DNA of 64,000 nucleotides from Minisyncoccia bacterium. Its GTDB lineage: Bacteria; Patescibacteriota; Minisyncoccia; Phycocordibacterales; UBA918. Positions 58,629 through 64,000 of this stretch are shown one piece after another. A model generated the notes under the pieces. It ran no database searches. It worked only from the letters and a program-made list of their open reading frames with translations, and had not been told where the DNA came from. The translations under genes and the position numbers were made by a program. Numbering within the stretch: the first letter of the stretch is position 1; each line of letters starts with the position of its first letter. The stretch spans positions 18,395 to 82,394 of the forward strand of contig JBGSSW010000011.1 in assembly GCA_041736805.1 (NCBI GenBank). Direction: 5' to 3'.

Positions 58629-59372
58629 ATGCTAAAAATCATCAGCCTAAACATGGAGACAAATAAGCATTACACTAAAATCCTTCCGTTTATTAAAAAA
58701 GAAAATCCAGACGTTATTTGTCTTCAGGAGGCACCAGAATCCTTTGCTGAAGAACTACAAAAGAAAGGTTATAAAACTTTTTTTGCTCCCATGTTCTTAA
58801 GAGATGATTTGGGCGGGAATGAATTATATACTCTCGGAATAATGCTTGCTTCTAAACTACCTTTTCAGGCCAAGAGTGTCTATTACCACAAACCGAACGA
58901 AAAAATAATCCTTCATGATAGGAAGAATAGAAATAACACAGTGGCTACAGCCTATATATTTGCAAACATAATGACATCAGATGGATTATATAATGTCGCT
59001 ACTACACATCCCTTAAAATCTGATGACGGTAAAGCGAACGATTTTCAAACTAAAATGTTTAGTTCACTTCTCAAACTTTTAGCACCAGAGGAACCACACA
59101 TGATCTGCGGGGACTTTAACATGCCTCGGGGTTACAACACTATATATGAAGAAGTAACTAAAAAATACACCGACGCAGTCCCCCTAAGTTACAAAAGTAG
59201 TCTTGATCGGGATATTCATCTACTTGGAAACAAAAAGACAGATGTCCCTATCTTTGATATTTATATGGTTGACTACGTTTTTACCCAGCCACCCTATCAA
59301 GCTGAAAATGTCCGTCTTGAATTTGGACTTAGTGATCACGCGGCTGTTATTGCCACCGTTACAAAACGTTAG
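58629..59372 (+). CDS. Endonuclease/exonuclease/phosphatase (EEP) family protein
   Basis: KIISLN, PDVICLQE, TH, CGDFN, VDYVF, SDH. Confidence 0.9.
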   Translation: MLKIISLNMETNKHYTKILPFIKKENPDVICLQEAPESFAEELQKKGYKTFFAPMFLRDDLGGNELYTLGIMLASKLPFQAKSVYYHKPNEKIILHDRKNRNNTVATAYIFANIMTSDGLYNVATTHPLKSDDGKANDFQTKMFSSLLKLLAPEEPHMICGDFNMPRGYNTIYEEVTKKYTDAVPLSYKSSLDRDIHLLGNKKTDVPIFDIYMVDYVFTQPPYQAENVRLEFGLSDHAAVIATVTKR

Positions 59373-59451
59373 TTTTTAGATATTCAAGTCTAGATTAAAA
59401 TATGCTATTATCGAGCCACAGAAACGAACAAAGGTGGATTAATCAAAGCTA

Positions 59452-59631
59452 GTAGCGGTTCGCAAGTGTCCCACACTTACTTACCATTTCCATTTGCAGG
59501 GCACCATCGTAGAGTACAAATGACCGATTAGCTCAGCTGGTAGCGGTTCGCAAGTGTCCCACACTTACTTACCATTTCCATTTGCAGGGCACCATCGTAG
59601 AGTACAAATGACCGATTAGCTCAGCTGGTAG
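59452..59631 (+). repeat. Perfect 88-bp tandem duplication including the tRNA-Val 5' end
   Basis: 59452-59543 is identical to 59540-59631. Junction microhomology AGCT(A/G)GTAG. Confidence 0.9.
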
Positions 59632-59682
59632 AGCGCTACATTGACATTGTAGAGGCCACAAGTTCAAGTCTTGTATCGGTCA
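59610..59682 (+). tRNA. tRNA-Val(GAC)
   Basis: GACCGAT/ATCGGTC, CTACA-TTGACAT-TGTAG. Confidence 0.95.
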
Positions 59683-59875
59683 CACAAGTATAAAAACGCC
59701 TAGTCTTTTAAGACTAGGCGTTTTTATAGGAAGCAAACTGCTTTGCTTCCGCACTTGTGTGACAGGCGGAAACATCTTTTCTTCCCTTTCATCAGAAAGA
59801 AAAGGGTTGCGCCGGGGTCGAGAGTACTTATGAAAGCAGTGAATTAGTAACTCGTGACCACAAGTAATTCAACCT
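59679..59875 (+). repeat. tRNA-Val trailer element
   Basis: GTCACACAAGT...ACTTGTGTGAC encloses two hairpins. GGTC-GA-GAG-TACT...AGTA-A-CTC-GT-GACC at 59816-59859. Confidence 0.85.
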
Positions 59876-59995
59876 AATGTTGCTTGCTGCCTCTGTGACA
59901 GCCATAGATAAAAATATATTAAAATGCAAATAATTTGCATTTTAATATAATTTTATAGACACTAGCTGCGTTCTCTTGTATAGTGCGAACTCAAT

Positions 59996-61165
59996 ATGAT
60001 TATTCTTTCCATCGAAACCAGTTGTGATGAGACGGCTATCAGTATTGTAGAAGCGGTTGGTGATTTTCCCAGTGCTACATATAAAATACTAGGTAACGCC
60101 CTGTTTTCACAAATAGATATTCATCGAGAATTTGGTGGAGTCTTTCCCACCATCGCCAAACGCGAACATATCGCTACTATTTTACCGATGCTAGAAAAGG
60201 CTTTGGCAAGTTCAGGTTTTAAACCAGAATACACCCCAGAATTAAATCCGGAGAAAGTAGAAAAAGTTAGGAAAATATTAGAAAGAGAAACGGGCCTAGC
60301 TGACCAATTAATTAATTTTCATAATAAATTTGGACAGCCACCGATTGATGCTATCGCTGTAACTAGTGGGCCAGGGCTAGAGCCAGCCCTGTGGGTAGGT
60401 ATAAATTTTGCTAAAGCTTTAGCCACGCTCTGGAACGTACTAGTAGTACCAGTAGACCACATGGAAGGACATATTTTAGCTTCTATTTATGATGGACATA
60501 TCTTAGCTCCTCTAAAATTCCCGGCTTTGGCACTTTTGGTCTCTGGCGGACATACAGAAATGATACTTATGACTGACTGGGGTCAGTATAAAAAAGTCGG
60601 TCAAACTAGGGATGATGCCGTAGGTGAAGCTTTTGATAAAGTCGCCCGCTTACTTGGTCTACCCTATCCCGGCGGACCAGAAATTGGACGTTTAGCCGAA
60701 GAAGCTCGAAACAAAAATCTTCCTGTCTTTGAAAGAATGCCTCGACCAATGATGAATTCTGGTGATTTAGACTTTTCTTTTTCTGGCTTAAAAACCGCCG
60801 CTAGATACGCAATTGCGGACAAGGACCTGTCTGAAGATAACAAGAAGTCTTTAGCTCGAGATTTTGAAGATGCGGCTATTGATGTCCTGATTCACAAATC
60901 AATCAAAGCCATTGAGAAGTACAACGTGGGTAGCTTTATTCTTGGCGGCGGAGTTTCGGCCAGTAATTATTTAAGAAAAGCTGTTACCGCTTTAAACTCA
61001 CCGCAATCTTTTCCTGACCTGAAAGTATTTCTGCCCGAAAAATCTCTCTCGACTGACAATAGTATTATGATTGCCTTGGCTGGTCATGCCAGAATCAAAG
61101 AAGCCCTGACTGCAGAAATTTTTACTAATACAATTAAAGCTGATGGAAACCGGTCTTTGGATTAA
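59996..61165 (+). CDS. tsaD: tRNA threonylcarbamoyltransferase TsaD
   Basis: IETSCDET, GPGL, HMEGH, LVSGGHT, DDAVGEAFDK, FSFSGLKT, TDN..MIA. Confidence 0.97.
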   Translation: MIILSIETSCDETAISIVEAVGDFPSATYKILGNALFSQIDIHREFGGVFPTIAKREHIATILPMLEKALASSGFKPEYTPELNPEKVEKVRKILERETGLADQLINFHNKFGQPPIDAIAVTSGPGLEPALWVGINFAKALATLWNVLVVPVDHMEGHILASIYDGHILAPLKFPALALLVSGGHTEMILMTDWGQYKKVGQTRDDAVGEAFDKVARLLGLPYPGGPEIGRLAEEARNKNLPVFERMPRPMMNSGDLDFSFSGLKTAARYAIADKDLSEDNKKSLARDFEDAAIDVLIHKSIKAIEKYNVGSFILGGGVSASNYLRKAVTALNSPQSFPDLKVFLPEKSLSTDNSIMIALAGHARIKEALTAEIFTNTIKADGNRSLD

Positions 61166-61240
61166 TTTGTGACAATTTCTTTCTCTAAATACTTCAAATA
61201 AACACTTTTTGTGGTAATATTCGTTTCTAACTAAGTCATT

Positions 61241-63469
61241 ATGAACGAGTCCGAATCACAAAATAAGCCAAATATTCCAGAGGTTTTTCTAAATCCTTAT
61301 AATCCGGCAGACTATGAACAGAAACTATATAAAATGTGGGAAGATTCTGGTTTTTTTAACCCTGACGTCTGTATAAAAAAGGGTGTTACTTCTCCAGAGG
61401 CGGAGACTTTTTCGATTGTCCTTCCGCCTCCAAACGTCACAGGGACACTGCACATGGGTCACGCTGCGATGCTAGCAATTGAAGATATCCTGATTCGTTA
61501 CCACCGCATGCAGGGTAAAAGAACGCTTTGGATTCCTGGCACGGATTCTGCGGCACTAGCTACCCAATCAAAAGTTGAAGGGATTATTTTTAAGGAAGAA
61601 AAAAAACGTCGTGATGAAATAGGTCGTGAAGAACTTCTAAAAAGAATAACGGCTTTTGCTGAAGAAAGTAAAGATACTATTCTAAATCAAACTCGAAAAA
61701 TGGGCTCTAGTCTAGACTGGTCTCGTTATGCCTACACTCTTGATGATACCCGTTACAAGGCAGTGATGACGGCTTTTGTGAATATGTATAAAGACGATTT
61801 AATCTATCGTGGCGACCGTATCATCAACTGGGACCCAAACATGCAGACAACTGTATCTGATGATGAAATTGAGTACGTAGAAAAGACTGACCCCTTTTAT
61901 TATTTTAAATACGGACCATTTACAATCGGAACCGTTCGTCCTGAAACTAAGTTCGGTGACAAATATGTAGTCATGCATCCAGATGATGTTCGCTACAAGG
62001 AATATAAACATGGTCAAACCATTGAAGTCGAATGGATAAACGGACCAATTACAGCCACGATCATTAAAGACGAAGCAGCAGACCCTGAAATCGGTACTGG
62101 TGTTATGACTATTACTCCTTGGCACTCTACCGTCGATTATGAAATAGCCGAACGGCATGGATTAGATAAAGAGCAGGTTATTGATGAGCGCGGTCTTTTA
62201 CTCCCAATTGCTGGGGAATTTGCTGGACAACATATTAAAAAAGTCCGAGCTGCTATTCTTGAAAAAATGCAGTCCAAAAATTTGATAGAGCGAGTTGATG
62301 AAAAATACATCCACAATATTGCTACCAACAGCCGCGGCGGCGGGACAATTGAACCACAAATTAAACGTCAATGGTTTGTGGCCGTTAATAAAAAATTTAT
62401 TTTAAAACATTCTGAAATTCCTGGTGTCCCTAGTGGTAGTGAAGTAACCCTCAAAGAGCTTATGGTTGCGGCAGTTGAGCATGGAGGAACCGACATCTTT
62501 CCCGAACGTTTTAAGCGAGTCTATTTTAACTGGATAAATAACCTGCGTGACTGGTGTATTTCAAGACAAATTTGGTTTGGTCATCGTATTCCGGTTTGGT
62601 ACAAAGGCGATGAAATTTACTGTGGTGTAGAAGCTCCTACGGGCGAAGGCTGGTTGCAAGACCACGACACTTTAGATACTTGGTTTTCTTCTGGTCTTTG
62701 GACTTTTTCAACTCTTGGTTGGCCAGAGAAAACAGAGGATTTAAAAACCTATCATCCTACTACCGTCCTCGAAACAGGCTATGATATTATATTTTTTTGG
62801 GTTGCGCGTATGATTCTAATGAGTACTTATCACCTTGGTCAGGTACCGTTTAAAAACGTCTATATGCATGGTCTAATTCGCGATGAGAAAGGTAAAAAAA
62901 TGAGTAAATCCCTTGGTAATGTAATTGACCCGCTTACCATGATTGATAAGTATGGCACTGACGCGACGCGTCTATCGCTTATTATTGGTGCCGCTCCCGG
63001 TAATGATATGCCTTTATCAGAAAATAAAGTGAAGGGTTATAAAAACTTTGGCAATAAAATCTGGAATATTAGTCGCTTTATTCTTACTCATACTGCTGAT
63101 TTAGATACAAAGAACTTTGTGTCAAAGAGTATTCGGGATGAAGAAATTATTGCTCAACTAAAATCAACCGTAGCTGATGTAAGTAGTGAAATTGAAAAAT
63201 TTAATCTTTATTTAGCTGGAGAAAAAGCCTACCATTATGTCTGGAGTGAATTGGCTGATGTTATTCTTGAGGAATCTAAACTTATCTTAAACGGTACAAA
63301 CTTAGAGGAGAAAAATTCACGCCAAATTGTTTTACTTGAATGTCTAACCACCTCACTAAAACTTCTGCATCCTTTCATGCCTTTTGTGACTGAAGCAATT
63401 TGGCAGGAGCTACCTGTTGAAATGAAAGATAGTGACATGCTCATGGTTGCAAAGTGGCCAAACGCCTAA
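61241..63469 (+). CDS. valS: Valine--tRNA ligase (no C-terminal coiled-coil arm)
   Basis: PPPNVTGTLHMGH, DWCISRQ.WFGH, DTWFSS, KMSKS. Confidence 0.97.
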   Translation: MNESESQNKPNIPEVFLNPYNPADYEQKLYKMWEDSGFFNPDVCIKKGVTSPEAETFSIVLPPPNVTGTLHMGHAAMLAIEDILIRYHRMQGKRTLWIPGTDSAALATQSKVEGIIFKEEKKRRDEIGREELLKRITAFAEESKDTILNQTRKMGSSLDWSRYAYTLDDTRYKAVMTAFVNMYKDDLIYRGDRIINWDPNMQTTVSDDEIEYVEKTDPFYYFKYGPFTIGTVRPETKFGDKYVVMHPDDVRYKEYKHGQTIEVEWINGPITATIIKDEAADPEIGTGVMTITPWHSTVDYEIAERHGLDKEQVIDERGLLLPIAGEFAGQHIKKVRAAILEKMQSKNLIERVDEKYIHNIATNSRGGGTIEPQIKRQWFVAVNKKFILKHSEIPGVPSGSEVTLKELMVAAVEHGGTDIFPERFKRVYFNWINNLRDWCISRQIWFGHRIPVWYKGDEIYCGVEAPTGEGWLQDHDTLDTWFSSGLWTFSTLGWPEKTEDLKTYHPTTVLETGYDIIFFWVARMILMSTYHLGQVPFKNVYMHGLIRDEKGKKMSKSLGNVIDPLTMIDKYGTDATRLSLIIGAAPGNDMPLSENKVKGYKNFGNKIWNISRFILTHTADLDTKNFVSKSIRDEEIIAQLKSTVADVSSEIEKFNLYLAGEKAYHYVWSELADVILEESKLILNGTNLEEKNSRQIVLLECLTTSLKLLHPFMPFVTEAIWQELPVEMKDSDMLMVAKWPNA

Positions 63470-63529
63470 TCCCCTGAAACTGTTCAGGAAATTAAAAGTC
63501 ACGTATTTTGCTGATACAATGCTACTAGT

Positions 63530-64000
63530 ATGGCCTCGACTAATTTTGCAGTCGCCTTTCTAGCTGGTCTAATACCAGCCCTTTTTTGGCTCTGGTTTTG
63601 GCTACGCGAAGACCAAAAAAAACCCGAGCCAATACTACTTATCATTATTACTTTTATTGCCGGAATGATTGTTGTTCCAATTGCCCTTCCTTTACAAAAA
63701 TTGGCGATTGGGCTTTATGAAGGAATGAACTTAACTTTAGTTTGGGTAATGATTGAAGAAATACTGAAGTACACAGCTGCTCTTATCGTTATTTTTTGGA
63801 ATAAAGCAGTTGACGAGCCAATTGACTATATTATTTACATGATAGCTATTGCTTTAGGTTTTGCTTCACTTGAAAATGCTTTATTTATATTAAATCCTCT
63901 AACTAATAATGAATATATCACCGTTGCTGTAACTGGTTCTTTTAGGTTTTTGGGAGCAACATTATTACACGTTCTAGCATCGGCAACCATCGGCGTCTTC
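63530..64000 (+). CDS. prsW: PrsW-family intramembrane protease, 3'-truncated by window edge
   Basis: MASTNFAVAFLAGLIPALFWLWFWLRED..KPEP...IEEILK...DEPID.IIY....ALGFA.LEN, read from the sequence (not in the ORF track). Confidence 0.85.
   Translation, partial: MASTNFAVAFLAGLIPALFWLWFWLREDQKKPEPILLIIITFIAGMIVVPIALPLQKLAIGLYEGMNLTLVWVMIEEILKYTAALIVIFWNKAVDEPIDYIIYMIAIALGFASLENALFILNPLTNNEYITVAVTGSFRFLGATLLHVLASATIGVF

Noticed and set aside
1-64000. Alternative genetic code (UGA recoding as in Gracilibacteria/Absconditabacteria)
   Set aside because: Long core genes are uninterrupted under code 11, and TGA ends several ORFs just before terminators.

Overview
A 64 kb chromosomal segment that reads like a Patescibacteria/CPR (Parcubacteria-type) genome. 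This is inferred from the short S1 and IF2, a VirB2/TrbC-like pilin array and AT-rich leaders on core genes. Left: a tRNA-Ser gene with an unusual ACT anticodon is the apparent insertion site of a ~17.6 kb large-serine-recombinase island (1610-19190). The island carries two adjacent Rx4H (HEPN-like) genes, an HTH/Zn-ribbon gene, a convergent pbpC / alpha-2-macroglobulin cargo and two DNA methyltransferases. Next come two pilin-fused peptidoglycan hydrolases, tRNA-Tyr and an accessory patch. The rest is mostly core genes: zwf-gnd-pgl, clpB, iscS, infB-rbfA, trhO, pilins, gyrA, rpsA, pth, lepB, a degenerate HisRS paralog, rpsU, ybeY, ftsA-ftsZ, trxB, tsaD, valS and prsW. Eight intact tRNA genes are present. 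The most striking unexplained signal is non-coding. Almost every tRNA is followed by a modular fold-back trailer that contains an antisense copy of that same tRNA's 3' end, plus shared hairpin motifs with compensatory base changes. This suggests an undescribed tRNA-targeted element or RNA family. All calls come from reading the sequence and motifs by eye; no database searches or folding programs were run.
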